Source: Eledone cirrhosa (lineage: Eukaryota). From it: 64,000 nt of DNA. The number at the start of each line of letters is the position of its first letter. Within the stretch, counting starts at the first letter, position 1. Location of the stretch: the NCBI GenBank assembly GCA_964016885.1, contig OZ024742.1, positions 276,458,001 through 276,522,000 on the forward strand, in the 5' to 3' direction. This document shows positions 1 to 14,050 of the stretch, in pieces. The notes under the pieces are model-generated. The model saw only the letters and a list, made by a program, of their open reading frames with translations. It was not told the origin of the DNA and ran no database searches. Made by a program: the position numbers and the translations under genes.

Positions 1-42
1 TTATGAGTGGAAAATATATTTATGAAGTTTTAATATTTTGAT

Positions 43-239
43 ATTTAAACCAGATGTATCCGGCCAGAATTCTCTCACCTCTTTCTGTTCAAACCGGCTG
101 GAACTGGCCACTCATATTGATGTTAAGGTATTGTTCTCGAAATAAATAACATCAAAACCTCAGATTCGATATTATGTGAGATAAAGCCTTTACCACAAAA
201 ATACAATAGTATATATAGAATAATGTAAATGCTAAAGGG
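43..239. mobile_element. 5'-truncated copy of piggyBac-type (TTAA) MITE
   Basis: Matches the full copy at 23356-23566 and ends in TAAATGCTAAAGGG|TTAA. Another partial copy lies at ~885-1040. Confidence 0.7.
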
Positions 240-530
240 TTAAAGTGTTTTAAATGTAGAGTATAGTTTTTGTTTCACAACTCTTTTACATAATGATTTT
301 TTTTTACCAATTCCAACTGTTTTGAAAACATAAAAATCACTAGGAAAAACAAATTTCCTTTCCAAAGTGAAAATATTTTAGCACCCTATTTTCGCCGAAT
401 TTGAAGTTGGTGAAAATTGGCAAAATAGGCAAAATATCGACCTCAAATATATGCCAACCTCCTCCCCATCAAATTTTTTTTGTAGCTTATATGTATCTTT
501 ATGTATCTTATATAGGAGTGTATGCTGTAA

Positions 531-745
531 CTCTTAACATCCTGTAATGATTAAGCAGAAAATATCTAAAAATGAATTTATTAATACAAATTTTTGTAGT
601 ATCTTTATTAGTGGACAGATTGTTGTGAAATTTTTCAGTAAAAAAGTAAAGATTTTAAATTTTAATGTGATGCGTCATAGTGCTGTTTTGTATTTTTCAA
701 GAATGTCTTACTAACATGGTTTTATGCTGTACAGGATGTTGAGAG
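531..745. mobile_element. MITE with 16-bp terminal inverted repeats
   Basis: CTCTTAACATCCTGTA ... TACAGGATGTTGAGAG, flanked by GTAA/TTAA. Confidence 0.6.
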
Positions 746-1118
746 TTAAAGGAATGAAAAGTGAGATTGAATCTAACTAGATTTGAATATAGAAATATAA
801 GATATGAAAACATAATATATAGTATCTTGTCCAATACTTTATCATTTACAATAAATTCCTTGCTATCATATTGTGTAGAAACAGATTTAAACTGACCGTA
901 TGCAGCCAGAATTCTCTCACTTCTTTCTCTTCAAACTGACTGTAACTGGTTGCTCATATTTATGTTAAAGTATTGTTCTCAAAACAAATAATATCAAAAT
1001 CTCATAGATTTGATATGTGAGATAAGGTGTTTAACCATGAAAATATTAATCTAGAAATTTAATCCATGTTGATATTACTCAAAATTCTCTATCTTCTTTT
1101 TTTTATCTTCTCATTTAG

Positions 1119-1226
1119 ACATGATGGGGACATGGTGCTCCTTCTTGTTTCAGACCCACAAATACAAGGTTACCAAAGAGAGCCACCTTTCCCAATGGGA
1201 TATTTTTCACGGTGGGATGCAGACAG
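1119..1226 (+). CDS. Cdc1/MPPE1-like metallophosphoesterase, exon A (first seen; upstream exon(s) not found)
   Basis: ttag acceptor and gtttgt donor. Encodes HDGDMVLLLVSDPQIQGYQREPPFPMGYFSRWDAD (motif I, D-P-Q). Phase joins the next exon as AG+G = Arg. Confidence 0.88.
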
Positions 1227-1620
1227 GTTTGTATAAATATATATATATCCAACCCATACTAATATACAAACATCAATACATCCTGTAAGGTGGTCGTACT
1301 AGTACCATGACAATAAACACTCAGTGCATCCTGTAAGGTGGTAGTGTTGGTGCTACAAAAAAAGACCTTTATACATGCTGTAAAATGGTTGGCAGAAGGG
1401 TATCCTGCTGTAGAAAACCAAGCCAAAAACAGAATGTATGAGCAAGACATGGCCACTTGACCTGTCTAGCCTCAACATGATAGCCTGGCATATAGAAAAA
1501 TAGATGTTAAATGGTTATGATGATGATAAAAAAAGTCTACATTTATAAATCTCTATTGCAAATAGAAGCTTTGTTCTGTTACATTAAAAAATGAATTTTA
1601 TTTTTCATTTTTTTCTCCAG

Positions 1621-1783
1621 GTATATAAGCCGTTCTTTTAGTATGGCATTTCTCCACACCTCACCTGATATCATCCTGTTTCTTGGTGATCTAATGGATG
1701 AAGGCAGTATTGCAACTAATGAAGAATATGAATTATACTACAAAAGGTTGCAGAATATTTTCCAGGATGCTGCTGAAACGAAA
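1621..1783 (+). CDS. Cdc1/MPPE1-like metallophosphoesterase, exon B
   Basis: Polypyrimidine tract + ccag, gtgagt donor. YISRSFSMAFLHTSPDIILFLGDLMDEGSIATNEEY...AETK contains the GDxxD motif II. Confidence 0.92.
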
Positions 1784-2369
1784 GTGAGTTGAATACATGC
1801 TTAGTTTTTGGAAAATAATGTAGTTATAGTTGGATAGGACAGATAAAACTGACCATGCATCTAGAAAGTTCCTCTTTGAGGCACAAACCCGGACAAGGAT
1901 TTTTTGTAGAAGACCAGTAGTCTCCCACCTTGCTCAAGGACACAACACACTGCCCAGCCCAGCCCAGGAATTGAACTTACAACCTCCTGATTTTGAGCCC
2001 AACACTCTTACCACGGACCTTTGATAAAACAGAATACTTATAATCTATTTTTAGAAGCGCTGAGCAAGTTACAAACCTTTGAAAATTAAAACAACTTTAG
2101 AAAAAGTTAATGGCTACTACGCACGTATTTTTTACTGTAGGACATATAAGCCCCCAAAGATGGGGGAAAGTGAACAGCGTCACCCATGAGACTTCTACTC
2201 ACATATTCTAAAATAAAGTATAAAGTCTCGTAAGTTTGTTTTGAAACAGCGAGCAATTTGAAATTTAGTAGAAATGGAAGCTTTTGCCATATTTTTCACT
2301 AAAAAAATGTTAGCCTGATAGTGGGGTTTAAAACCTTCTAAAATGTGGAAAAGGATGAGTATTTACGTC

Positions 2370-2650
2370 TGTCTCAAGCCTGGAGGCTCATCAGGTCGAT
2401 GTTTATGTTGGTTTCCGTGGCCTGAAGAGACTGAGAATAGAAGACTCGCACCTAAACAGGGCGCCAGTCCTTTAAAGGGTTAAACCCTCAGCTAATGCAG
2501 TTACTCATTTTCAGCTGAGCAATAGCTTGGGGTTTCACATGAAATGAAGTGTTTGCTCAAGAACACAACACACAACCTTGTCCAGGAATCAAACCCACGA
2601 CATTATGATCGTAAGTCTAACACCCTTACCACTGGGCTACACACGCCTCC
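2370..2650 (-). mobile_element. tRNA-derived SINE (family A-related)
   Basis: Reverse complement of the tRNA-like head and GTGTTCTTGAGCAA core shared with other copies in the window. Confidence 0.6.
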
Positions 2651-3023
2651 ACACATTCCATATACCTTATTTTTAAGAGCAATTTAATTATTTCAGATTA
2701 TCAAGTTTAACAAATAATGAAAACTTAGATTATTCTTCAGAAGTAAACTTGAAAATCAGTTTAGAAAAACTTTAAAAATTTGATTTTCATTAAATTCATT
2801 GAAATTGTTTTGCAGGTCAAACTTTTAGTGTCTCAGTATCTTAAAAAAAAGTATTTTCCACTTGACTTCTGTATATTTCTATAAGAGCATTCAAACTTTT
2901 GTGAAATATGAAGCAAAATGTTGTTTTCCATATACTTTTATCTTTCAGTTTTGTGATGTACATGAATAAAATGTAGAAATTTATATAGAGAGTATATTGA
3001 AGTAATATTTTGTTAATTTTCAG

Positions 3024-3161
3024 AAAATATATGTTCCTGGAGATAATGATATTGGCGGTGAAGGCATAGATAGCAGAACAACTGAAAAAGTATCACGCTT
3101 TGAAAGATACTTTGAATATTTAACTGGGGCTGTAAAATTCCGGTTTGCTTCTTTTTTCAAG
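3024..3161 (+). CDS. Cdc1/MPPE1-like metallophosphoesterase, exon C
   Basis: tttcag/gtatcc. KIYVPGDNDIGGEGIDSRTTEKVSRFERYF... (motif III variant GDND). 138 nt, phase 0-0. Confidence 0.92.
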
Positions 3162-4249
3162 GTATCCTTTCTTTTTCTTTAATCTGGACTGTTTAACCCA
3201 TATATTTTGTTAATTTTAATATATTATTTTTTAAATGATGATGATGAAGAAATGCTCTACATATAATTCTTCATGTACTTTCTCTGAAAAAGAATGCTAG
3301 TATGATATATTTATATTAAGTAGAAGCCTTACTGTTTCACAGTTTTAGGTTTAAATCTGGTGATGCCCTCTCTCATCATCATCTATGACTGTTTTTCCTG
3401 CTAGCAAGGGTTAGACAGGTTGTCACAGACCATGTCAGTACTCAAGTGGAGGTACTGACTTATTAGATGTGCCAGGGACCCACGTCTTGCTTACATATGT
3501 TCCCACTCTCTATCAAGTGCATTTTATCATCGCACCAGCACTAGAGAGGTTGTCATGTCTTTGACACATCTGAAGTGTTTCTCTGATCCTTTCTTTGGAA
3601 GGTTTCCTATAGCTGATGCTCTTTCTATCAACGACCACTTTACAGAATTTGCTGGGTACATTTATCATATAGATCACCAACATTAGAGAGGTTTCTGTGC
3701 CCTTGACACACCTGAAGAGATCTGAACCTTTGTTTGGCAGGTTTTCTATGGTTTGATGACCTTCCTAACACCAAACACTTTACAGAGTACTGGGTGATAA
3801 ATAGGGCATCCAACCATATAAAACCTGCCAAACAATGGGTCAGGAGGACTCTTCAGCTGTGTTGATATGCTGACCTCACTTATGCTGATGCCATAATAAA
3901 ATGCACTTGTGCACTCTGTTGAATGCAGGAACATATGTAAGCAATCCTCAGACTCCTGGGTCATCAACGAGGTCAGTAGCTAAGTACTGACTTCATCTGC
4001 GATGATCTGTCCAGCCTTGCTAGCAGGGAAAAAATGGTAAATAATGATGATGATAACTTTCTGACTTAATAAATCTACTTTAATTTTCCCTCACATTCAT
4101 TCCCAAGCTTTGTTACGTATCATTTGATTCAGTTTTTATGAGCACTTTTTATTTCATGTTGATCATCACACCATTCTTTGTTCCTCTCTCCAATCCCACT
4201 ACATTTCTTGTGCTTCCATAATTTACATTGTATGCTCCTTATGGATTTT

Positions 4250-5445
4250 CTGCCCACACCTTTCTGACATATCGAACAAGGCTGTCTTCTTTCCTACGTT
4301 GTTGCTAAATTTACTTTTAAGCCTTTCAACTCTAGGTTCTTCTTCCATGCTTGAAAGTTCGCCTCTAACTGTTCTATAGATTCAGTTATAAACACTAGGC
4401 CATCAGCATATAGGAGCTTCGATGGAGTGCCAGTTTTAAACTCCTTAATGATGGCCTCAAGGACAATGATAAACAGGAGTGAACTGTGGACCCCTATCTG
4501 TATTTTTTAAATTCATCACGCTACTCATTGCTAACCCTAACTCTGCTGCTGGTTGCTTCTCTATACATGGCCTGAGTGGTCCTTACAAGCCATTCATCTA
4601 CATCTAGCTTCCTAAGTATCCACCAAATTATAGAACGTGAGACCCTGTCAAAGGTTCTCTCCAGATCTACAAATGCTAGATACTCTTAGCTAAGTACCTC
4701 TCCTGTAGTTGTCTCACCAGCATAAATCCAAACTGCATCTCATCTAACTTGATTCTTTCCCTAATTAGTTGTTATGACCCTTTCAGCAACTTTCATGACC
4801 TGGTTCCTCAACTTGAAACCTCTGTAGTTACTTCTCTCTACTGCATCTCTTTTGCCATTGTTTACAATGACACTACTGTGCCAGTCATTGGGTATGACAT
4901 CAGCTTTGATTAACTATGCGTCTGACTAGCTCGTATTCTACCATGCCAGATGCTTTTAGCATCTCAGTACCTATACCAGATGTTCCAGCTGCTTTCTCTA
5001 CCTTCATGTTCTTAATTGCTTTATCTATCGCTCAAGCTCATGGAAGAGATGACGAAGGACCGTGACAAGTGGAGAGATGCTGTGCTGAATAGGACCTGTC
5101 CCACCCTTGCAAGCAGGGAAAAGTGGAAGTAAAATGATGATGATCATCATACTGCTGTCAACTTTTATGGATAGTCCCTCAGTAGGGTCGGCATGAGGCA
5201 GGCCCTCATTGTCCCATTAATTTTCCTTGTTTAGTAGCCTCTTGTAGTATGTCTTCAGACAGGGTAAGTGCTCCACTATCATTTTGGACACTTTTCTCCA
5301 GCATACTGTCTCACAATCCTGAACACATCATGCCTCTGATGTTCATGGTGCAGAACATATGCAAACTTATTCTTTACTGCCTCTCCTCTTGCTAGATATA
5401 CTTGGCACCTGGCCTCTCTTCTAGCTATCTGATAATGCTTTCTGT
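4250..5445 (-). mobile_element. Degenerate RTE-clade LINE fragment (RT region)
   Basis: Minus strand gives an LLYAD-type RT motif near 4400-4420 plus linker sequence, with many stops. Interrupted by a (GAT)n-tailed insert near 5035-5150. Confidence 0.7.
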
Positions 5446-5472
5446 CAATACATATACAAATATATATTATAG

Positions 5473-5613
5473 CTGGATGTCCGTTTCTTTGAACCATTCC
5501 TACCTAAACATAAGAAGATTCTCCAAGAAGTTGGTGAAGAAATTTACATGCCATTCCGAATCATTTTGAATCATGAATCAATTTCTCCAAAACTAAAGAG
5601 CCATGTTTATCCT
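5473..5613 (+). CDS. Cdc1/MPPE1-like metallophosphoesterase, exon D
   Basis: tag/gtaagt. LDVRFFEPFLPKHKKILQEVGEEIYMPFRIILNHESISPKLKSHVYP (motif IV His). 141 nt, phase 0-0. Confidence 0.82.
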
Positions 5614-7779
5614 GTAAGTATCCTTTTACTCATTGGTACATAGTAGATTTTTTTTTTCCTTTTTATTTTTTGTGAAAAAAAAAAATCTACTAGTTTATGA
5701 TCCAACAGGACTGATAGTGTTTGCAAAGAAATTGACTCGAATGCTTATATTTATTTATTTGTTAGAGGGAAATTGAAATCGTCTTAAAATTATAAGCATA
5801 GGTTTGTTTGAAGTTTCTGATTGCTATTATTCAGTTGTTAGAGTTTTGGACAAATGCTTGGCTGTATTTGTTTCAGCTCTTTACAAATCCTGCCGAGGCC
5901 AATTTTGCCTTTCATCCTTCTTGGGTCGGCAATAAAATAAAGTACCAGTTAAGTACTGGGTTGATATAATTAACTTTCTCCTTCCTCCCAAATTGCTGGC
6001 TTTATGCCATTGTTAGACAATTATTTATGTTTTCTATTTTCTAGTTTTTTTTTTTAATTGTTTTTTTTTAATATTATAAGTTTACTATCAATTAGACTTC
6101 ATACTGTTTAACGTCCATTTTTCTATGCTGGCATGGGTTAGATGAGTTATCCTGTCGTAAGCAATGCCAGATCAGGTGACCATATCTTGCTCGTACAGAA
6201 CCAATTTTGGCTTGGTTTCTACAGCTGGATGCCCTTCCTAGAGCCAACTTGAGTACAGTATTGGCTGGGTGCTTTTTGTCATGTCGGCATCACGACCACT
6301 TTACAGTGTAGACTGGAGGCTTCACTGGATGTATACTTCAGCTTGTCCTCATATACCTTTATTTATGCTTGCCTAGATTGAATGGGAAAATAACAAGTTA
6401 AGCTTAAAGTAGTTAATGTTCAGTTTCAATGGAAGCATGGATGAGAATTTGCAAATAGCTAGGATTCTATGGAAGACGTATTAGGCAAAGTGTTTAGTTT
6501 AGGAATAGGTGAGATGTTTAGCTAGCATAGGATTGCTGTCACAGAGGTGAGAGGAAGAGTGATGGGTGCAGCAAAATGGTTTAAATTTGAGCAGTATACA
6601 GTCAATGGTTTTGAGAAATACTTGCCAGCTGTTGAAAATAATAGAAACATTGAGTAAAACAAGTCTGAAACATGAATTATTTGAAATATTATATGAATCA
6701 ACTTAGCTAATATGAATGAATTGCTGTCATAGTATCCAGTGTTATACACCAAGGTATCAGATAATAAATAACAGTAATACCGAAATTGCTTGTGTTTTCA
6801 GTGACTGATACTGTCAGATTTCCAAACTGCAAATAAGCAAGAGATTCGAAAAGCACATATGACATAAAGAAAAAGTAAAAACCCTATATTTTTTTTTAAT
6901 TCTTAATGACTATTTTTTATCATACTGCAAGGATTACATTTTCACTTGGATAGAAATTTTACAACTCCTGGCTTAATGCTTTATGTCTAATTAGAGAATT
7001 AGAAAAATTGGAATTTTTTTAGAGTTGTAAGCGCATATTTGTTTGTAATTTCTGAACCCCCAAACCATCTCTCTTCTCAGTTCAATCAGGATAGAGATGG
7101 CCATCCACAATAACGAGCCCAACAAAGTGGACTGGCTCTTACAGCACATCACCCTCACCATACTTTGGGGTAACGCATTCACCAATTTGTTCGCTGTAAC
7201 TACAAAATATTTGTGTGATATGCTGTGGTTTCGTTTGTAAAAATATATATAAAACTTCAAGTACTTGTAAATAGTAGACAGTAAGAACATCATCGTTGTC
7301 ACTATTTCTCATCTATTTTCCATGCTTGCATGGGTTAGATAGGTTGTCTGAGATTTAACAGATCAGGTGATCACATCTTTCTCATCCATTCCATTTTGGC
7401 ATGGTTTTTACAGCTGGAAGACCTTCCTTACACCAATCATTTTATAGCAAGTACTGGGTGCATTGTATAATGTTACCAGCCTTACCACCCTATTGAATAG
7501 ACTGGGTGCATTTTATCATGGCACCATCACTGCAACTTTACAAAGTGGACTGGGGGATTATGTTTGTGTGTTTTTAAATATATATATATATATATAATAT
7601 TGGATATGAATAAAAATTGTAGCTGCCATATAGCAAGTACTAATCAAGTTGTTTGAGGCAATCACAAAACACTCAATGGATAGATAAACTAAACATTATC
7701 ATCTAGAGTAAAACACAACAGTTAAAAAGCGTGACACCATATATATATATATATATATATTTATTTATTTATAAAAGCT

Positions 7780-8185
7780 GACCTTGCCCAATTGCACCTC
7801 AAAGGTGATGACACAGGACCGTGACCTCTGGCGTCACTCAGTAATACAGAAGACCCAACTTCCCACGGGTACAAGCCGAAGCATATAAACAATATACCCC
7901 CTCCTACTGTAAAGTAGTCGTGGAGGTGTCACGACAAAAAAGCACCCAGCCCACGCTGTAAAGTGGTCATGTAGGCGGCACGGTAAAAAAGCACCAAGTA
8001 CTCACTGTAAATGAGGTTGGTGTTAGGAAGGGCATCCAGCTGTAGAAATCAAGCCAAAATCAGTTTCCGTATGAGCAAGACAAGGTCACCCGACCTGGCA
8101 CTGCCCACAACAGGACAACCCGTCTAACCCATGCTAGCGTGGAAGAATGGATATCAAACGGTGATGATGATGATGATAATGATAT
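7780..8185 (+). mobile_element. RTE-LINE 3' end / non-autonomous derivative with (GAT)n tail
   Basis: Shared GTTAGGAAGGGCATCCAGC core and ACCCATGC...(GAT)n end, seen in more than 10 copies in the window. Confidence 0.7.
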
Positions 8186-8253
8186 ATATATTTATTTATT
8201 TAATACTGAATAAACCAAGGTTTATTCAGTATTAAATTAAATCCATCTTTAAT

Positions 8254-8369
8254 CTCTACAATTGTTTCTATACAGATAAGTCATGTAAATACATGTAAGC
8301 AATGAACCAATCTGTTACAATTGGTAATCATTTATATGGTATTAATCTTCAAATACATATTATCAGGAG
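8254..8369 (-). ncRNA. Minimal Penelope-type hammerhead ribozyme motif with G8>A substitution
   Basis: Minus strand reads CTC-CTGATAA-TATGT...GTATA-GAAA-CAATTG-TA-GAG. Confidence 0.55.
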
Positions 8370-10514
8370 TCAGAAAGAAAGGGTTAATTTATCACATCAA
8401 GCAGCAAGAATATAGGCAAACAATGAAAGCAGAGATAAGCAACCTTATAAATGGCAAATAGAGTGAAGAAGTATTGTTAGGCTTGTGATGCACATAGTCA
8501 TATAGCTTTTTTGTACACGCGTTAGTTATATGAAAGCAGGACTATGTTGTTAAAGGTGGAGAGAGAGAAAAGTAGACCAGCGGAAATCAAATGACACTCT
8601 AAAGTATGAAGTGATTAAGCTTGGCATGTAGACATGCTAAAAGTAACTTTACAGTTAAGTCGCAACACTCACATGATGGTATGAAACTTAATTCAATTTC
8701 ACTATGTTTCTGAGAGCATTTGTTGTTATAACAGTATGCCAAAGTGGGCATTGAGCTTTTCACACCTTACAAAAATATTAGTGGACTCCACTATAATTAT
8801 TCACTCACACACATATATATATATATATATATTTTTACAAAACACCTAGACATTCTCTCTGACTACCTCCCTTGTTTATGTGATCTGTGGAAAGAATTAC
8901 CACAGTTAAATAAATTTTATGATAGTTAAATATTGGACTTTATGGAAAGAGTTTAAAATGTAATCGACTTCTTTATTTTATCATATTTCTTTTTATATTT
9001 TATTAATTTGGATGATTTTTCATATTTTTTTGTCATTTATTCTTTTACATTTTACTTCCTCTTTTGCTTTTGCTTTCTTTGCTTTTATTCCTTTTATTCC
9101 TTATTGACTTTTTTACCTTATTTTTTTTTAACTTTTTCTTTTAAAGTCTTTTCTTTTTTATGTGATACCCCCCTCCTGTATCTTCCTTGTTTTTATGAAT
9201 AATGTTCTGCCCTTTCTCTTATCTGACCCAGGGTTATATCTGCCTCACTAGTACTTTACTATACAAAACTCATCCATTCCTATCTGCTGGATTAACTGAA
9301 GTAAATCAGTCATACCTTCACTAGCATGCATTTGATTTAGTTGAAGTTCTGTTGTTTTGTGTTCACTCCTATTCTGGAAAAATGTATAACTTCTCTAATC
9401 TCTGAATTTATTAATTCATAAATTATTCTAGAAGGCAAAAGGCTAATCTTTACTGTTGGATTCATAAAGTATTGTGTGTGCATGTGCTTAGCACATGCAC
9501 ACAAGACAAAAAGAAAATAGGAGGAAGTAGTTTATAAGTGCTAGTTATAAATTTGACATCTCATACTACTATAAATATTGGAATATTCATTTAATTTGAC
9601 ATTTTAACACTATTGTTAAAATGTTTCTAATTTGTACTTTTAACATTACAAATTTTGTACATCTTTTATTATTTATGTAATTTTTTTTTAATACATTGTG
9701 GAATATGAGATGCCTTACGCCTTTTATTCATCCAAAGATGACAAAGAATTATTTGCTTTTGAAGATGCTTTAGTCACATGTATCAGTATTATTCCAGTTA
9801 CTAAACATATTCCCACATGACATATTTTGCAATGAAAATGTGGAAATACTTTTTCTTAGAATATTCATCAAGTTTCACTAATGAACCTCAATAAATGTGA
9901 GGATTTGGTATTGGCCTTGTGATCACCAGTTCAAACCTTACTATATGCCATTGTGTGTTATTTATGTTACTTTTTTATTTCAATCTTCCTTAGAAGTAGC
10001 TGTAAAAGCAGTTGTAACACTATATAAATGTCCATATTTCCTAATACCACCCCACCTATGGTATTACTGAGAAATGGAAAAAATAAATAGATTGTGCTTA
10101 GATGTAAAAAGAAAGAAAAAAAAAGGTACTTAGTGGCTATTACAGAGCTTATTAATTCATTCAAAACTAAGATTTTGTTCTATTACTACTTCAAGTTTCC
10201 TATTCTTGCACATTCTTCAAGGCAACTGGTAAGAAATTCAGAGTTTCTAATGGTCACAGAATGTCAATTGTTTGCCTGCATTTTTACCAGAGCTGTGAAA
10301 ATTACTATTCTTAGGTATTGTTAGCAGCATTTTTTTTCCCCCCCAGCAGTAATTATTTTTCACTACATAGTGGTTGTTGTCCTAAGAACCGAACCCTGAT
10401 GAATTCCTACTTGTACCTTAAATTCTTCACTAAACTCACTTCCTACTCTCACTTTATTGACAACTCCTCTATACACGTCCTACACTACTCTCATAAGCCA
10501 TTCTTCTACACTTA

Positions 10515-11010
10515 ATTTCCTTAAGAACCACTAGATAATAGATCAAGGTACTCTGTCAGAGCCTTTTCTAGATTAACAAAAACTAAATATAGCGACTTAT
10601 TCTTGACTAGGAACTTCTTTTGTAATTGCCTCATAGGGCATCTGTAAGGACTTTTCCCAGACATGAAACTGAATTGCATCTTATCTAATTTGACTCTTTC
10701 CTTAATTAGCTGTGCTATAACTCTTTCTGTCACTTTCATAACTTGGTCCATTATTTTTATACCTCTATAGTTGCTCCTTTCTAGAGCATTGCCTTTACCC
10801 TTCTTGCATCAGTCATTTGGGTATGACTCTGTCCTGTATTACCTGATTGACTATGTGGGTTACTAGTTCGGCTCTTACTTCTCCCAATGCTTTTAGCATC
10901 TCAGCAACTATCTCTGATGGTCCTCAGCTTTACCATTCTTGATCTCCTTGATTGCTTCTTTAGCCCTATAACTATCAACTTCAATAGCTGGTCCTTCTGT
11001 GTGGTCATAA
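10515..11010 (-). mobile_element. RTE-clade LINE RT fragment
   Basis: ORF 10521-10751 contains QFSFMSGK...RQLQKKFL...LYLVFVNLEKA (RT domains 2-3). Confidence 0.75.
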
Positions 11011-11182
11011 AATTACTGGAAATATTAAATTTTATGACCACACAACATTTTACTGGATATTATTTACATACAATATGTTTGAAAGAAATGTGTAAGAGTT
11101 CAATAGAGTGTAATTAATTGCAACTATAAAGCAGTGTAGTATCTCATGTTGGTTGATGTATAATATCACAAAAAAAAACAAA

Positions 11183-11500
11183 CTGGCATTCCATTAGTTA
11201 CAATAAGTGTTCCAGTTGGCACAATCAATGGAACAACCTGCTTGTGAAATTAATGTGCAAGTGGCTGAGCATTCTACAGACATGCATATTCTTAACGTAG
11301 TTCTCAGGGAGATTCAGCTTATATAGTGTGACAAGGCTGGCCCTTAGAATTACAGGTACAACTCAGTTTTGCCTGCTAAATGGACTGGGACAATGTGAAA
11401 TAAAGTGCCTTGCTCTAGGATACAATGTGCCACCAGGAAACAAGCTCATGACCTTATGTTCGTGAACCAAATACCCTAACCACTAAGCCACACGCCTTCA
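11183..11500 (-). mobile_element. tRNA-derived SINE family A, near full length
   Basis: Reverse complement of the copy at 37341-37650. Confidence 0.75.
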
Positions 11501-13739
11501 CGCAACACAACTAGGGACAAACTAAACTACTACATCCTAGCCACCCAATGACATGTGCCTTTTTTAGATTATAACTTCAAATCCCACCAAAGTTAACTTT
11601 AATCCCTTCACCTGTCAAATAAGTTTTAGGCTTGTCTTCTATTCCTATAATGCATCTTAGATGTAAAATGGAATTGCAATAGAAAACTGAGACCTTTGCA
11701 GAAGAATATCAGTTACTTATACCTGCATAGTACAGAAGCCAGACGTTTGAAGATTTCTATATGCATAATATACATCACACACAAGTCAAGCTTTTTGGCA
11801 CTGAGAAAAATATGCACAACTGCAATGTTTTTAAGTTCAAGACTTTTAAAAAACTTTATTAGAGATTCCTTTATAGTTTAATTATAGGCTGCAAAAGTAG
11901 AATTCATTGAGCTGGTGATCCTGTTTATATGTGATAATTGAACTCATACATATTTGAGAGAAGAGACTAGTGGCCATCTGAATTAGTAAGAGTGAATATG
12001 ACAAAATACAAAAAGCATACAAAATCAATTGCTCTATACCGGAAATGTTAAATATTTCCTGTTCACAAAGCAATGTAACATCATTGTTTACCTTTATGAT
12101 ATGTGACCCAGCTTTTACTAACCCATCTATGAAACCACCAGTCATATAGTTCTTGATTATCATGTTAATTGTTTAAACTACATACAAGGGATATTTGTGA
12201 TACAGATAGCAATAATGAAAGATGCCATACATCTATCTAATTGTCTACATATATCTACTGGAAGAAATGTAATGGGGGAGGCAACACAAAAGAGTGATCT
12301 CACACTGTTGTCAGTAGTGATATAAATGAAGTTGTGAATATTTTTATGCTGAATGTCAATCATTACTCTGAGTAAAGCTTAAGATGATTTATTATAAAAA
12401 CAGGCCCAATATTCTCTGATCGGTTCCAAATTCTGTTTTCTAGTCTTCTATGGTTTATTTTCATCAATATCTACCCTCCATCATCAACTCAGCATTTCCC
12501 TAATGTGCATGCATCATCCATTTACATTACATGTTCAAATCAACATGGCTGTTTCTCTCACATAATTGTGTCAATGTCTTTGATGTCCAGTTGCATGGAT
12601 AGTATAAGCTGCATTAAAATGTGCCATGAGGTGTTGATTGAAGGCATTGTTGAAATAAACTAATAAGACTTGAAAAGAAGAAATCATTTGATCATTAGGC
12701 TTTACAGCTGGCACAAGCAAGAATCAGAACAGTTGGAGAAAGACACTAAAAATACAAGTAATATAATAAACTTTTGTTTTAGGTTTATACATTAACATTT
12801 AAATGAGTATTCAGAATTTAAGAGTTTAAGAGTTTTCTTTTTCCGTTCCCTATTTATTTATACTTCTGACAAAAAAGAAGAAAAAAAAGATTCATTTTTG
12901 TGTCATCATCTTAAATGATCAACTAGTATGGGTCTGAAATAGAACCCCCATTTCTAATAAGTTAATAAAATTTAGAGTCTGAAGTTTTCACTTACCCTTT
13001 ACTGTTAATTTCTTTCCTTCAAAGTTATCTGAAAAATGTATGTTTACATTCCTTCAAATCTGTTTTCTCTTCTTACCAGAAAAAAAAACCTTCTTGCAAC
13101 TAAGTCTCCTTGCCTTGTCAGAATACTAATATAAAGCACCAATCTAATTATTTTAATTACACAATCTTGCTGTATGTTTTGTGAAACATAATGTTGCTAA
13201 ACGTATTGTGAAATGGTTGTAGATTGAATTGTCTCGCCTAAGGTAGATCTTCTGCTCCTCAAATGTTAGTCCTGTAAATACGACTTTCACGGGCCAGTTT
13301 TGTATTAGTTTTTACAATTTGGGTGTTATTTTAATTTAAATGGTATTTATTGATCATTAGTAATTCTTGACTTAGTCATTTGCAAACAAACAAGCAAAAA
13401 ATATGTAATTACATATTCTGAAACATTTATGTAAAACTGAATGTTAAATTTATATATGTATTACTTAATTTAACTGATAAAGAGTAATAGATATTTTTCT
13501 TCCTATTCCAATACTTTTTGAAAATGAAAGATATAACTTTTATATATACTAATATATAATTATACCAGTCTAAAAGTATTTAACAACACTTGTAATGGAA
13601 ATATTCTTCACATTTTGGTGCTCGTTGATTTATTTAAATAAAAGCACTTTTCAAGAATATATTAGAGAAGCATACTTCATAAAATCATCATATATCTAAA
13701 CCTATTTTTCTGAAAATATACTTTTTTTTAGAATCTACT

Positions 13740-14050
13740 CTTCTTCTCCAGCCACTTATTTCTGAGACTGTCATGGGGGCAGAGTCCTCAAATGCTCCTT
13801 CCAGCAGGTCCTGTCAGAAGCAACCGTCTCCAACTGATTCTGCTGGATCCCCAAGTGAAACCAGCCAAGTTCATGGATGTTATCCAACCATCTTGCTCGA
13901 GGTCTATCCCTGGTTTTCCTTCCAATTGGTTTTACCCGTAAAATTTGTCCAGTGATTCTTTCCTGAGACATTTTAACCACATGCCCATAGTATTGGAGCT
14001 GTGATCTCCCAATTTGGAGAAGCAGTGGTTCTACCTGGAGTGACTCTCAT
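13740..14050 (-). mobile_element. RTE-clade LINE 3' end
   Basis: C-terminal GRKTRDRPRARWLDNI...DRTCWK, similar to copies at 48400-48655 and 56850-57270. Confidence 0.75.

Noticed and set aside
11696-12363. Adjacent short hydrophobic ORFs as a nested antisense gene
   Set aside because: Broken by stops, no motif or splice signals. Probably an old repeat.
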